Assembly: GCA_016707895.1 (NCBI GenBank)
Contig: JADJGV010000034.1
Coordinates: forward strand, 757,625 to 821,624
Direction of reading: 5' to 3'
Source: Myxococcales bacterium
GTDB taxonomy: Bacteria > Myxococcota_A > Polyangia > Haliangiales > Haliangiaceae
DNA length: 64,000 bases
Shown here: piece by piece, positions 13,568 to 25,542 of the stretch
Numbering within the stretch: position 1 is the first letter of the stretch
Layout: each line of letters opens with the position of its first letter
Program-made: the position numbers and the translations under genes
Notes under the pieces: generated by a model
The model's database searches: none
Seen by the model: the letters and a program-made list of their open reading frames with translations, nothing else
What the model was told of the DNA's origin: nothing

Positions 13568-14904
13568 GCGGGCTCCGCCGGCGGCCGCGCCGGCACGGTG
13601 ATGGTGGCCAGCGTGCCGCCCCCGGGCGCCGCCGCGATCGTCAGCGCGCCGCCGTGGAGCTCGACCGCGGCGCGGGTCAGCGCCAGGCCCAGGCCCGAGC
13701 CGCCGGGGCGCAGCGCCGCGCTCGCCGCCATCCCCGGCCCGGTGTCGCGCACGTCGACGCGGGCGCCGCCGTCGGCGGTCGCCGCCACGGTGATCGCGAT
13801 CCGGCCGCGGCGCGGCGTCACCGCCAGCGCGTTGCCGACCAGGTTGAGGATCGCCTCGCGCAGCCGCTGGCCGTCGCCGACGATCGTCGCGCCGCCCGCG
13901 CAGGTCACCGCCAGCTCGCCGCGATCGGCCTGGGTCGCGACCAGCGCGGCCACCTCGGCGGCGATCTCGCCGAGCGCGATCGGCGCCGGCGCCAGCGCGG
14001 CCAGCGGCCGGGTCATCGCCAGGTAGTCGCGCACCGTGGCGTCCATGCGATCGATCTCGGCCAGCGCCACCGCGGCGCGCTGCGGTCGGCGATCGCCGTC
14101 GCGATCCTCGGCGAGCAGCTGCACCATCGCCTTCACCGCGGCCAGCGGGTTCTTGAGCTCGTGGGCGACCCGCGCGCCGATCGCCTCGGTGGCCTGGTCG
14201 CGCGCGCTGGCCGCCGCCGCGGTGGCGACCCGCAGACGATCGAGCACCGCCGCCGCGCGGGCGTGCGCCGCGACCACGGTGGTGACGCCGACGTAGGCCA
14301 GCGCGACCGCGCCGGCGCTCGACGCGACGTACATCCACGGCACCGCCGGCGCGCCCAGCGGCGGCCACGGCCAGCCGCGCGGCACCAGCGCCAGCGCCAC
14401 CAGCGCCACCGCGAGCAGCGCCGCGAGCCGCGGCGCGATCCGGCTGCCGGCGAACGCGGCGACGCCGACCACCACCGGGGCCAGCACCAGCGGCACCAGC
14501 GGGCTGGCCAGCCCGCCCGACAGCCCGCAGCCGACGGCGAGCGCGACCACCGTCAACGCCAGCGACGTCGCCAGCCAGCGCGCGCCGATCGCGTGGGCGC
14601 GGCACCACCACGCTTCGGCGACGAACAGCGCCAGCGCCAGGCCGATCGCCGCGGCCAGCGCGCGCCGTTGCGCCAGCGGCGCCGCGGTCGCGGCGGTCAG
14701 CGCCGCGTTGGTGATCGCCACCGGCAGCACGATCCACGGGCGCGCGCGCAGGAAGCGGCCGCCGACCTCGCGCACCAGCGCGGCGGCGCCGGGCGTCGGG
14801 GCGCCGACGTCGCGTCGGGCGGCCGACGCGGCGGGGGCCGTGGTCGAGGTGGAAGCGGGCGTGATCACGAGGGCTCGGTCGCTGGCACGGGTCTTCCAAT
14901 GCAC
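13564..14904 (-). CDS. Sensor histidine kinase
   Basis: The N-terminal half has multiple TM helices. HisKA (HELKNPLAAV) and HATPase_c (DTGPGM, GGSGLGL) motifs are present. It is translationally coupled to the response regulator. The exact start is uncertain. Confidence 0.75.
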
Positions 14905-14930
14905 GCGCTGCGCCTGACCAGGAGCATCGC

Positions 14931-15551
14931 ATGAACTCGTCGACCTCGATCCGTCCCCTCGCCCTCGTCACCCTCGGCTGGCTCGCCGCCGTCGTGCTCG
15001 TCGGCGCCACCAGCGTCGCCGCCCACGCGCGCCCGCTGGTGCCGCTGATGATCCTCGGCCCGGTCGCCGCGTGGATCGTCGCCTACCGGCGATCGTCGAC
15101 GTGGCGCGCGCGCATCGACGCGCTGCCGCTGCGGTGGCTGATCGGCCTGCACGCCGCGCGCGCGCCGATCGGCGTGGGCCTCCTCCTCGCGCACCAGCGC
15201 GGCATGCTGCCGGCCGCGTTCGCGATCAAGGCCGGCTGGGGCGACGTCGCGGTCGGCCTCGGGGCGGTCGCCGCGGTCGTCGCCGCCCGGGCGGCGGTCG
15301 CGCCGCGCTGGCTCGGGGCGTGGAACCTGCTCGGCGCGATCGACATCGCGGTCGCGGTCGGCACCGCGCAGTACCTGTTCGTCGTCGAGCGCGAGCCGCT
15401 GCTCACCGCCGGCGCCCCGCACCTGCCGTTCATCCTCTTGCCCGGCTTCATCGTGCCGCTGGTGATCGCCACCCACGTCGCGATCGCCGCGCGCCTGCGC
15501 CGCGCCGCCGCGCCCGCGCCTCAGCGCTTGCCCTCGTTGACCTCGCGGTAA
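14931..15551 (+). CDS. Hypothetical polytopic membrane protein
   Basis: It is divergent from the kinase and has five or six hydrophobic helices. Its 3' end overlaps the convergent small lipoprotein gene by about 30 bp, so its true end, or whether it is real at all, is uncertain. Confidence 0.4.
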   Translation: MNSSTSIRPLALVTLGWLAAVVLVGATSVAAHARPLVPLMILGPVAAWIVAYRRSSTWRARIDALPLRWLIGLHAARAPIGVGLLLAHQRGMLPAAFAIKAGWGDVAVGLGAVAAVVAARAAVAPRWLGAWNLLGAIDIAVAVGTAQYLFVVEREPLLTAGAPHLPFILLPGFIVPLVIATHVAIAARLRRAAAPAPQRLPSLTSR

Positions 15552-15817
15552 CAGGTCTCCATCTCGAGGTAGTTGTCGAGCACGGCCTGCGGGATCTCGG
15601 CGCCCTTCACCTGCTTGCCGTAGGCCAGCTGGATCTTCTCGGCCTTGCCCTTGGCGTCCATCGCGCAGCGCTGGGTGTGGCAGGCGCAGACCTCGTCCTT
15701 GATCTGGACCAGCCGAGCCTCCATGGCCTTGGGGTCGGTCGGCGCGCTCTTGCCGCACGCGGCGGCGAGCACGAGGGCCAGGGACACGAACGCGGCGCGC
15801 ATCATCGAGTTGGTCAT
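15521..15817 (-). CDS. Small Cys-containing lipoprotein (98 aa)
   Basis: It has a signal peptide plus lipobox (LVLAAACGK), four further Cys residues, and a Lys-rich composition that is distinct from the background but with high GC3. Confidence 0.55.
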   Translation of the reverse strand: MTNSMMRAAFVSLALVLAAACGKSAPTDPKAMEARLVQIKDEVCACHTQRCAMDAKGKAEKIQLAYGKQVKGAEIPQAVLDNYLEMETCYREVNEGKR

Positions 15818-15943
15818 GCGGGGCGATACAGCAACCCGCGGACCAGCGCGCGATCGGCCGGTGACGCGGTGTTGCGCCGTCGGTGGGGCCGCCCTCGTCG
15901 GCGCGCGCCGGATCGGCGCGCCGGGTCGGCGCGCCGCGCGGCG

Positions 15944-17932
<1,989 letters not shown>

Positions 17933-17996
17933 GCCTGACGGTCGTATAGGCGGTCGGCCAGGTCAACGGGGAGGAACCGGCCGCGCGCACCGTATT

Positions 17997-19577
17997 ATGA
18001 GCGCCATGTCCTCCGATCGCGAGCTCGCCCACCGCCACGACGCCGACCACGATCCGCGCAAGCGCCCGGCCGACCGCGAGGCCGCGGACGCGCCGCCGCC
18101 CGACCTCGCCGGCGTGGTCCAGGCCAAGGCCGACGGCGGCCGGGTCGCGCTGACCGGCGACCAGGACGTCCGGGCCGCCGCCGCCACCGGCGTGCAGTCG
18201 GGCGGCAGCCAGCTGCCGCACCTCGACAAGATCCAGGCGTCGTTCGGCGGCGCCCACGATCTGTCCGGCGTGCGCGCCCACGTCGGCGGCGAGGCGGCCG
18301 CCGCCAGCGCCCAGATGGGGGCCCAGGGCTACGCCACCGGCTCCGACGTCGCGTTCGCCCAGCAGCCCGATCTGTTCCTCGCCGCCCACGAGGCCGCCCA
18401 CGTCGTGCAGCAGCGAGAGGGCGTGCAGATGAAGGGCGGCGTCGGCCAGGCCGGCGACGTCTACGAGCAGCACGCCGACAAGGTCGCCGAGCGCGTCGTC
18501 GCCGGGCAGTCGGCGGCCGATCTGCTGCCGGCGTCGGCCGGCGGCAGCGGCGGCGCGGTGCAGATGTACAACGAGAAGGTCATCAGCGGCGAGGCCTGGC
18601 GGGTCTCGGAGTCGGGCAAGTCGATGCTGAAGGAGGAGGACAAGCTCCAGGATCTGTTCGCGACCAACGATCTGATCGCGACCGCCAACGCCGCGCTCAA
18701 GACCGCCGGCGACAAGGGCTCGTTCATCTCGCTCAAGGCCGGCGCGGCGTCGCTGAAGGTCGGTGAGAACACCCTGCACCGCGTCGAGCCGGTGATGAAC
18801 CCGACCGGCACCGACGCCGCCAACGACATCCTGCGCGAGGCCAACAAGGACGGCGCCGAGGACAGCGCCGGCGAGACCGACGACTCGATGGCGCTGTGGG
18901 CCGACTGCGGCCGGTCGTCGCGCACCATCATGGGCACCGACGGCCAGGGCCAGGCGCCGCACGCGAAGTACAAGGACGGCGGCGGCACCGCCACCACCGG
19001 ACGCTCGTACAACCCGGCCACCTACTCCGACGAGATCTACCTCAAGGAGGTGCCCAAGTTCCTGAAGAGCGCCGAGGCCGCGGCCTACCTGAAGGACGGG
19101 GTGCACTACGACGCCGGCGACAAGACCGCGCTCAAGACGCCGACCACGGCGGACGAGGCGCGCGCGATGTACTGGGAGCTGGGCGAGGACGGCCGCCGTG
19201 CGTTCGACAAGTTCGCGGGCATCAACACCGCGGCCGATCCGGCGATCGGCGGCGCGTACACGATGAACACCGAGTACAAGATGCCGGGCTCCGGCGTGGT
19301 GCCCGGCAAGAAGCGCTGGAACTTCCACTGGGGCGGCGTGATCCTGAAGGACGGCAGCAACAACGTCACGCTCGAGAACTACGCGGTCGGCTTCGCCGCG
19401 ACCGGCGACGCGGCCAAGGACGCGGAGAACCGCAAGCGCGCGTACGACTGGGTCAACCACGACTGGAACTTTCAGATGTACGGTACGGCCAAGAAGGGCC
19501 AGAGCTTCCATGAAGAGCACCTCGACACCGGGACCCACGGCACCCGGGCCAGCACGTTCGCCGCGCAGGTCGACTAG
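17997..19577 (+). CDS. DUF4157 (zincin-like HExxH metallopeptidase) protein with a large C-terminal domain of unknown function; putative toxin or effector
   Basis: The N-terminal region matches the DUF4157 pattern ([19 protein letters not shown] ... [29 protein letters not shown]). The C-terminal roughly 330 aa are K/N/Y/W-rich, are not recognisable, and contain Cys and His candidates (LWADCGRSS). Start candidates are ATG 17997 and ATG 18006, both in frame. GGAGG lies about 20 nt upstream of 17997. Confidence 0.75.
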   Translation: MSAMSSDRELAHRHDADHDPRKRPADREAADAPPPDLAGVVQAKADGGRVALTGDQDVRAAAATGVQSGGSQLPHLDKIQASFGGAHDLSGVRAHVGGEAAAASAQMGAQGYATGSDVAFAQQPDLFLAAHEAAHVVQQREGVQMKGGVGQAGDVYEQHADKVAERVVAGQSAADLLPASAGGSGGAVQMYNEKVISGEAWRVSESGKSMLKEEDKLQDLFATNDLIATANAALKTAGDKGSFISLKAGAASLKVGENTLHRVEPVMNPTGTDAANDILREANKDGAEDSAGETDDSMALWADCGRSSRTIMGTDGQGQAPHAKYKDGGGTATTGRSYNPATYSDEIYLKEVPKFLKSAEAAAYLKDGVHYDAGDKTALKTPTTADEARAMYWELGEDGRRAFDKFAGINTAADPAIGGAYTMNTEYKMPGSGVVPGKKRWNFHWGGVILKDGSNNVTLENYAVGFAATGDAAKDAENRKRAYDWVNHDWNFQMYGTAKKGQSFHEEHLDTGTHGTRASTFAAQVD

Positions 19578-19580
19578 TGT

Positions 19581-19648
19581 CCTTCGAGGGCTTGTCGCCA
19601 AGCCCTCCCCCATGGGGTCATGCCCCCATGGGGCCCCCTCCCAAGACG
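19581..19648. repeat. Intergenic palindromic element, copy A (reverse orientation relative to copy B)
   Basis: AGGGCTTG-TCGC-CAAGCCCT hairpin followed by CCCCATGGGG-TCATG-CCCCCATGGGG. The reverse complement aligns along its length with the element at 56864..56930, with paired substitutions that preserve both palindromes. Confidence 0.65.
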
Positions 19649-20163
19649 CGAGACTCCCGGCGCCACGTGGCGGCGTGCTCGTGCTCGCGCTCGCGCTGAT
19701 GCTCGCCGCGTGCAACGGTTCGAGCTCACGCGGCGGCGAGCCGACGGTGGCCCGGCCGTCGAGCGCGGACGCCGCCGCGGCGATCGTCGCCCCTTCCACC
19801 GAGGACGCCATGCAGGAACCCACGCTCCCCGTCATCCGCGCCGTCACCGACGTGGCCGCGCACTTCGGCGCCCGGGTCGAGGCCCACGGCACCTACGCCG
19901 TGCTGTCGACCGGCCGCCACAAGATCATGTACACCCGCGCCGACGGCTCGACCGGCGCTACCAACAAGGTGGCGCAGCTGGCGCTCGACGGCGGCGGCGC
20001 GATCGAGCTGTGGGTGCGTCCCGACGACGAGCTGGCCACGCTGGGCGGCAAGCGCGTCGTGGTGATCGGCAAGCTCGTGCCGCCCGCCGCGGAGGCCGAC
20101 GGCGTCGCCGCGCCCGACGGCGGGCCGAGCCTGGTCGAGATCAGCTCGGTCGCCGCCGAGTAG
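19612..20163 (+). CDS. Lipoprotein immediately downstream of the DUF4157 gene; candidate immunity protein
   Basis: A lipobox (LALALMLAACNGSS) is preceded by Arg residues. The start is uncertain: ATG 19612 lies inside the repeat element, and GTG 19675 is the alternative. The mature part is about 150 aa with no recognised domain. Confidence 0.5.
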   Translation: MGSCPHGAPSQDARLPAPRGGVLVLALALMLAACNGSSSRGGEPTVARPSSADAAAAIVAPSTEDAMQEPTLPVIRAVTDVAAHFGARVEAHGTYAVLSTGRHKIMYTRADGSTGATNKVAQLALDGGGAIELWVRPDDELATLGGKRVVVIGKLVPPAAEADGVAAPDGGPSLVEISSVAAE

Positions 20164-20193
20164 CGACGGTCACCGCAGGCTGGCCGGTCGCGC

Positions 20194-21120
20194 TCAGAAC
20201 CCGGTGCAGATGAAGTTCGCGCCCTGGGCCGGGTAGTAGAACAGGTCGGTGAAGCACATCTCGTCGTCCGACGAGTCGCCGAAGCGGACGGTGGCGCCGG
20301 TGGTGTTGTTGTAGCTGCACGTCGTGGTCAGCACGTCGCCCGGGCGCAGCTCGACGAACGGCGCCACCAGCTGGAAGTTCTGGTGCTCGAAGTCGTAGGG
20401 CTGGTCCTGGAGCACGATGTCGGGCGAGCCGGTGCGGCGCACGACCGAGCGCAGGTTGGTGCCGAGCTTGTGCATGTGCGAGGACAGGGCGAACACCTGG
20501 ATCGGCTGGCTGGTGATGTTCGAGATGTTGCAGGTGCCGGACTGGGTCGAGGCGCCGGTCGGCACCACCAGGGTCGCGGTCGGCCCCGCCAGCACGATCT
20601 CGCCGACGTTCTGGATCTCGGCGGCCGTCGCCTCCTGGATCAGCGTGCCCGAGGTCCCGGTCAGGACCTGATCGCTGGTGTTGTAGAGGTGCAGGTTGAG
20701 CAGGAGCCGGGTGCCGGCGGTCAGGTGCAGCCCGACCCCCGCCGGGAACGTGAAGTCGGGCGAGCCGACTCCCGAGCCGTAGATCATGCTCTGGCCGTTG
20801 GTGCCGGCGCTGCAGCGCACGGTGCCGTCGGGCTGGCTGCCGGTGTAGCGGGTGAGCACCGTGTGGTGCGTGCCGGGCGGGATGATCGGCCGGAACGCCT
20901 TCACGTACATGTCGCGCGGCACCGTCGCGTACACGCAGTAGTAGCCCTCCTCGCCCATGTTGAGCGACCAGTCGCCCTGGACCAGCGTCTGCCAGCCGTC
21001 GGGCGCGTCGACGGTGCCGACGGCGGCGTCGACGTCGAGGACATCGTCGGCCGGCATCGAGCTGCCGCCGTTGCAGGCGACGACCAGGGACAGGGTGACG
21101 GCGAGGCAGGCGCGGCGCAT
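20194..21120 (-). CDS. Secreted lipoprotein, possibly with a Cu-monooxygenase-like HxH...M motif
   Basis: Signal peptide and lipobox (LSLVVACNGG). The mature protein is beta-rich. SHMHKLG and DEMCF loosely resemble Cu-M site ligands of PHM-like domains, but this is a weak match. Confidence 0.5.
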   Translation of the reverse strand: MRRACLAVTLSLVVACNGGSSMPADDVLDVDAAVGTVDAPDGWQTLVQGDWSLNMGEEGYYCVYATVPRDMYVKAFRPIIPPGTHHTVLTRYTGSQPDGTVRCSAGTNGQSMIYGSGVGSPDFTFPAGVGLHLTAGTRLLLNLHLYNTSDQVLTGTSGTLIQEATAAEIQNVGEIVLAGPTATLVVPTGASTQSGTCNISNITSQPIQVFALSSHMHKLGTNLRSVVRRTGSPDIVLQDQPYDFEHQNFQLVAPFVELRPGDVLTTTCSYNNTTGATVRFGDSSDDEMCFTDLFYYPAQGANFICTGF

Positions 21121-21217
21121 GCCGCGAGCGTGCCACAACGCCGGCGCGGGTAGGGACACTTTGCCGCAGGGACGCGGCTCGGCTTGACGCCGCGGTCGGC
21201 GGGCGCCGAGGCCCGCG

Positions 21218-21964
21218 TCACCGCGTGGCGGTGAGCTTCAGATCCGCGCTGGCCCCGTCGGCGCCGGGGGCGACCTCGAGCCACAGGCTGAACATCGTGT
21301 CCCGGGCGCTGGGCGCGTCGGAGAACGAGCCCGTCTGGTGCGCGTCGAAGGTCGCCGCGACGCGGCCGGTCCACAGCACCGTCGGGGTCTCGCCGGTCGT
21401 GGGCCCGCTCCGGTCCGTGTAGATCGCGGGCTTGCACTCCTCGAGCGCGGCGACCGCCGCCGCATAGGCCGTCGACAAGTCACCGTCCGCACCGGTCCAG
21501 ATCACGCGCGCCGCGCGCGCCCCGTCGGTGGCGGCAGCCACTTCGTCGGTGAGCTGCTTCGCGGCCGCACACGCCGCGGTCACGACCGCCGCCGTCGCCT
21601 CGGTGCTGACGCGCTCGACCCAGTCGCCCCAGACCCCTTCGAGGCGGTCGAACTGGTGCTCCGACAGCATCGGCCGGCAGGCGCCGTAGTCCTTCATGGT
21701 CGGCGTGGCGGTCATGCACGCGATCAGCTCGCCGGACCACGCCTCGCTCCGGCAGCTCGACGCCAACAGCTCCACCAGCGGCTCCCGCACCGGCCCGTCC
21801 GGCGCGTTGCGCATCCGGAGCCAGTCGAGGCGCTCGAGGTTCGCGCCCGCGCCGTGGCAGGGATCCGACGGAGTCGTCCCGCGCGCCCCCTTCGCCTGCG
21901 GGCCGCACCCCGCGACGACCGCACCGAGCCACAGCAACCCCAGCGCGCGCGCCATCGTGTTCAT
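21218..21964 (-). CDS. Hypothetical lipoprotein
   Basis: Lipobox (LGAVVAGCGPQ) and several Cys pairs. No family was recognised. Confidence 0.5.
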   Translation of the reverse strand: MNTMARALGLLWLGAVVAGCGPQAKGARGTTPSDPCHGAGANLERLDWLRMRNAPDGPVREPLVELLASSCRSEAWSGELIACMTATPTMKDYGACRPMLSEHQFDRLEGVWGDWVERVSTEATAAVVTAACAAAKQLTDEVAAATDGARAARVIWTGADGDLSTAYAAAVAALEECKPAIYTDRSGPTTGETPTVLWTGRVAATFDAHQTGSFSDAPSARDTMFSLWLEVAPGADGASADLKLTATR

Positions 21965-22074
21965 CGGACGTACGGTAGCGCGTCCGCCCCGTCGCCGGGC
22001 AGGGTCGGTCGCCGATCATCGTGGTGACGATGACCGTGGTTGCTCGGGCCCGGTCGATGGCGCATACCCTGGGC

Positions 22075-23238
22075 ATGCGGATCCACGCGACGCTGGCCCT
22101 GGCGGTGGTGGCGGCCGCCGCGTCGACGGTCGCGGCCGAGCCGGTGATCGAGCGGGTGGCGGTGGTCGGCCGGTCGTCGCCGGGCGCGCCGTGGACCGAC
22201 GCCGCGACCGAGGCCCGGGTCGACGCTGGCGCCGAGCTGGCGGTGGTGGCCATCGCTCGCGACGGGCGCCGGCGGCTGGTGCTGGCCGATCCCGCGGTGG
22301 CGCCGCTGCGGCTCGGCGGGCGCGCGGTGCCGGCGCGCGATCGACTGGGGCTCGACGCGCTGGGCCCGATCGCGGTGCGGTGGTCGATCGTCGAGCCGCA
22401 CGGGTTCCGCACCGGCGCCGCCGCCAACGGCGCGACCTCGCGCTTCTACAGCAACGTGTCGACCGAGCGCGGCGACTTCGGGCGCTGGCTCGGCTACGAC
22501 CGCATCGAGTACTTCGCCACCGAGGTCCGGCCGTGGACCGACGGCGTGACCGGCGCGCGGATCCCGGCCGAGGTCGTGAGCGGCGACCCCGACGCGATCC
22601 AGGTGGCTGGCGTCGGCACGGTCCGCTACCAGGCGTCGCTGCGGCTGCCGTCGGGCGCGGTCGTGGCCAGCCCGGGCGCCGAGGCGGTCGACGCGTTCGG
22701 GCTGCTGCCGTCGGTCCACCGGGTGTCGCTGCGCACCGGCGACGACTTCGTGGGCTGGCTGTCGGCGTACCTGCTGGTGCCCGAGGTGTTCGGCTCGGCG
22801 GGCGGCGGCAAGAACCACCAGACCGAGCGCTTCACTGGCGCCGACTGCGCCGACGTGATGGTGGGCGCGGCCCGGCGCGGCGGCGCCCGCCTCGCGTACA
22901 CCAGCGTCGCCGGCCTGCCCAAGGTCGCCCGCACGATCGCCGCGGCGACGACGCTCGACGACGTCGGCCGCCCGGCGCGGCCGATCACCGGCGTCGCCCT
23001 GGGCGATCTGATCCGCATCGACTACGGCGGCACGCTCGTCGGTCACACCCCGCGCGGCTGGGATCACGTCGCGGCGCTGTGGGAGGATCGCAGCGATCCA
23101 GCCGGCCCCAGCGGCGGCGGCCCCGACGGCCAGCTCGACGGCTTCGACCTGGTGATCCACATGGGCCACCCGCGCCTGGTGATCGAGCCGCTCGCCGCGC
23201 AAGCGCCGGCCACCGTCGACGTGCTGCGCTGGCGGTGA
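22075..23238 (+). CDS. Hypothetical secreted protein
   Basis: The signal peptide is MRIHATLALAVVAAAASTVAAEP. The GADCADVMVGAARRGG ... LVGHTP ... DHVAALW pattern suggests a possible papain-like (NlpC/P60-type) Cys-His arrangement, but this is speculative. Confidence 0.5.
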   Translation: MRIHATLALAVVAAAASTVAAEPVIERVAVVGRSSPGAPWTDAATEARVDAGAELAVVAIARDGRRRLVLADPAVAPLRLGGRAVPARDRLGLDALGPIAVRWSIVEPHGFRTGAAANGATSRFYSNVSTERGDFGRWLGYDRIEYFATEVRPWTDGVTGARIPAEVVSGDPDAIQVAGVGTVRYQASLRLPSGAVVASPGAEAVDAFGLLPSVHRVSLRTGDDFVGWLSAYLLVPEVFGSAGGGKNHQTERFTGADCADVMVGAARRGGARLAYTSVAGLPKVARTIAAATTLDDVGRPARPITGVALGDLIRIDYGGTLVGHTPRGWDHVAALWEDRSDPAGPSGGGPDGQLDGFDLVIHMGHPRLVIEPLAAQAPATVDVLRWR

Positions 23239-23346
23239 TCACGACCGGCGCGTCTCGGCGCTGTGCACGGCGTTGCACAACACCGGGCGGGGGCGCGAGG
23301 GATTCCGAGCGGATGCCAGGGCACGCGGCTTGCTGATGGTCCGCGC

Positions 23347-23685
23347 ATGCCTGGAATCAACCTATCCCACGCGATCCTGGGTGTCCTGCTCATCGCCGGT
23401 TGTGGCAAGGCCGAGACCGGCGACGCGTGCGCCACCGCCGACGACTGCGACGACGAACGGTGCATCACCGGCGGCAGCTTCCCCGGCGGGACGTGCACGC
23501 CGGCGTGCGCCACCAACGCCGATTGCCCCCAAGGCTTCAGCTGCATCTCGCGCAGCTCCGGGATGTGCCTGCGTGACTGCACGGCGACGCAAGCGTGTCA
23601 GGACGAGCGCGGCGCCGCGTGGCAATGCCGGCTCGAGTCGCTCCAGGAGGGCGGTGGCAACCAGATGGTGTGCATCGGCGCGTGA
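23347..23685 (+). CDS. Small Cys-rich lipoprotein (112 aa)
   Basis: Lipobox (LLIAGCGKAE). Fourteen Cys in 90 residues, in repeated CxxxxC, DC and C-T-A-T patterns. Confidence 0.55.
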   Translation: MPGINLSHAILGVLLIAGCGKAETGDACATADDCDDERCITGGSFPGGTCTPACATNADCPQGFSCISRSSGMCLRDCTATQACQDERGAAWQCRLESLQEGGGNQMVCIGA

Positions 23686-23705
23686 GCGTGCGCCGGGGGC
23701 CGTGA

Positions 23706-25448
23706 TCACCACGCGGCGGTCAGCGTCAGCCGGCCGCTGCGGGCCCGCGGATCGTCGAGGTCGAACAGCTCGAGGGCGCCGCGCAGCTGGCCGTGGGCCC
23801 CGCCGATCGCGCGCGCCCACTGCGCCGCGGCGCCCCAGCCGCGGCCGGCGCGATCGAGCCGCCCGATCGCGGCCACGCCGAGGGTGCGGGCGCCGCGGGT
23901 GAACGCGTAGCTGGCGCGCGCGGTCGCCGCGCCCTCGAGCGTCGAGCCGGCGACCTCGCCGGCGAACCCGCCGCCCGGCAGCCAGCGCAGCGCGCCGTCG
24001 ACGCCGCGCTCGGTCGCGGCCCCGGCGCTCGTCGCGCGCCGCCCGCGCAGCGCGACCTCGAGCTGCACGTCGTCGCCGAGCGCGCCGCCGGCGCCGACGG
24101 CGGCGCGATCGAACCCCGGCGCCGCCGCGTCGCGCCACCCGCCCAGCCGCCTCTCGTCGAGGGGCGCCACCCGCTCGGCCGCCGCGTAGACCGTCAGGCC
24201 GTCGGCGCGCGCCGGCGCCCAGGTCGCCACCAGCCGCGGCAGCACCGCGTCGGCGCGGGCGGTCCCGAGCTCGCGGCGATCCCAGCGGACCGCGGCGGCG
24301 ATCCGCCAGCTCGCCGTGGGCTGCCAGGTGTCGTCGAGGTACGCCCGCAGGTCGCCGTGCTCGGCGGCGTCGGCGCGGCCCATGCCGACCTCGCCGCCGA
24401 CGCGGGTGACGTGGCTCCCGAGCCCGCGCCAGCCGCGGGTCGCGGCCAGCCGACCGGCGACGCGATCGACCGCCGCCGCCGGCGCCGCGCTGGCGCGGCC
24501 GGCCGCCGCCCCGGCCGGCGGCGTCAACGTCTCGCCGGTGATGCCGAACGCGATCGTGCGGCGCCCCTCGTCGGCGCGCAGCACCAGCTGGGCGTCGCCC
24601 CACAGATCGCGGCCGCCGTCGCCGAGCCAGGCGCCGAGCAGGCTCACCTGGCCTTCGCCGGCGGTCTCGTCGGCGCCGCTCATGGTCGCCATCAGCTGCG
24701 CCTGGTGCTGGCCCTGCCGGCCGTCGGCGGCGCCGGTGCGGGTCAGCGCCACGCCGGTCGACCACCACGCGTGATCGCGCTCGATCGGCGCCGCGTGCAG
24801 CGCGACGAACCGCGCGTCGGGGCCGAGCTCGAGGCCGACCAGGCCGGCCAGCCGCGGCGGCCGGGCCACCAGCGTCGCGTCCAGCGTGCCGCCGCTGGCG
24901 CCGGGCAGCGCGGCGTCGGCCGGCCCGGTGAGCACCGCGAGCTGGTTGACGAACTCGCCGGCGATCGCCGGGGCGCCGGGCAGTCGCAGCGCGCCGGCGA
25001 TCGTCGTCGCCGTGGTCGCCGGCCGCGCGCGCGGATCGAGCCCGGCCAGCCCGAGGTGATCGCGGCGCGCGAGCAGCGGCGCGGTCGCGGTCCACGCCGG
25101 CACCGGCGCGGGTGGGGGCGGGGCGTCGTCGTCCTCCACCCACGGCGACGGCAGCCGCTGGTTGACCGTGGCCGCGCGCTCGTCGGTGACGAGGATCCCG
25201 CGGCGCTCGACGACGACCTCGTCGAGGTAGTACGTCAGCAGGTAGTCGCCGGGGGGGACGTCGAGCGCGTAGGTGCCATCGTCGGCGGTGATCGCCGTCC
25301 GCTGGAGCGCACCGCTGCTGGCCACGACGGTGACCCCGGCCGCCGGCGCCCGGGCGATGTCGGTGACCTGGCCGTCGATCGTGCCGGCGTGGGCGGCGCC
25401 GATCTCGAGACACGCGAGTCCGAACGCCAGCGTCGCGATGAGCTTCAT
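23706..25448 (-). CDS. Outer-membrane beta-barrel protein with an N-terminal carboxypeptidase-regulatory-like domain
   Basis: Signal peptide MKLIATLAFGLACLEIGAAHA. The N-terminal module GTIDGQVTD ... GVTVVASSGALQRTAITADDGTYALDVPPGDYLL is of the CarbopepD_reg type. A long Ala/Gly/Arg-rich barrel-like region ends in an aromatic residue. Confidence 0.6.
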   Translation of the reverse strand: MKLIATLAFGLACLEIGAAHAGTIDGQVTDIARAPAAGVTVVASSGALQRTAITADDGTYALDVPPGDYLLTYYLDEVVVERRGILVTDERAATVNQRLPSPWVEDDDAPPPPAPVPAWTATAPLLARRDHLGLAGLDPRARPATTATTIAGALRLPGAPAIAGEFVNQLAVLTGPADAALPGASGGTLDATLVARPPRLAGLVGLELGPDARFVALHAAPIERDHAWWSTGVALTRTGAADGRQGQHQAQLMATMSGADETAGEGQVSLLGAWLGDGGRDLWGDAQLVLRADEGRRTIAFGITGETLTPPAGAAAGRASAAPAAAVDRVAGRLAATRGWRGLGSHVTRVGGEVGMGRADAAEHGDLRAYLDDTWQPTASWRIAAAVRWDRRELGTARADAVLPRLVATWAPARADGLTVYAAAERVAPLDERRLGGWRDAAAPGFDRAAVGAGGALGDDVQLEVALRGRRATSAGAATERGVDGALRWLPGGGFAGEVAGSTLEGAATARASYAFTRGARTLGVAAIGRLDRAGRGWGAAAQWARAIGGAHGQLRGALELFDLDDPRARSGRLTLTAAW

Positions 25449-25542
25449 CTCGCGACCCACGCGCCGGCGCGCGCGCCGATCTCGCGGCCGCGCTCACAGC
25501 CGCTCGCGCGCTGCGATCGCGCCGCGGCGGCCTGCGACAGCG

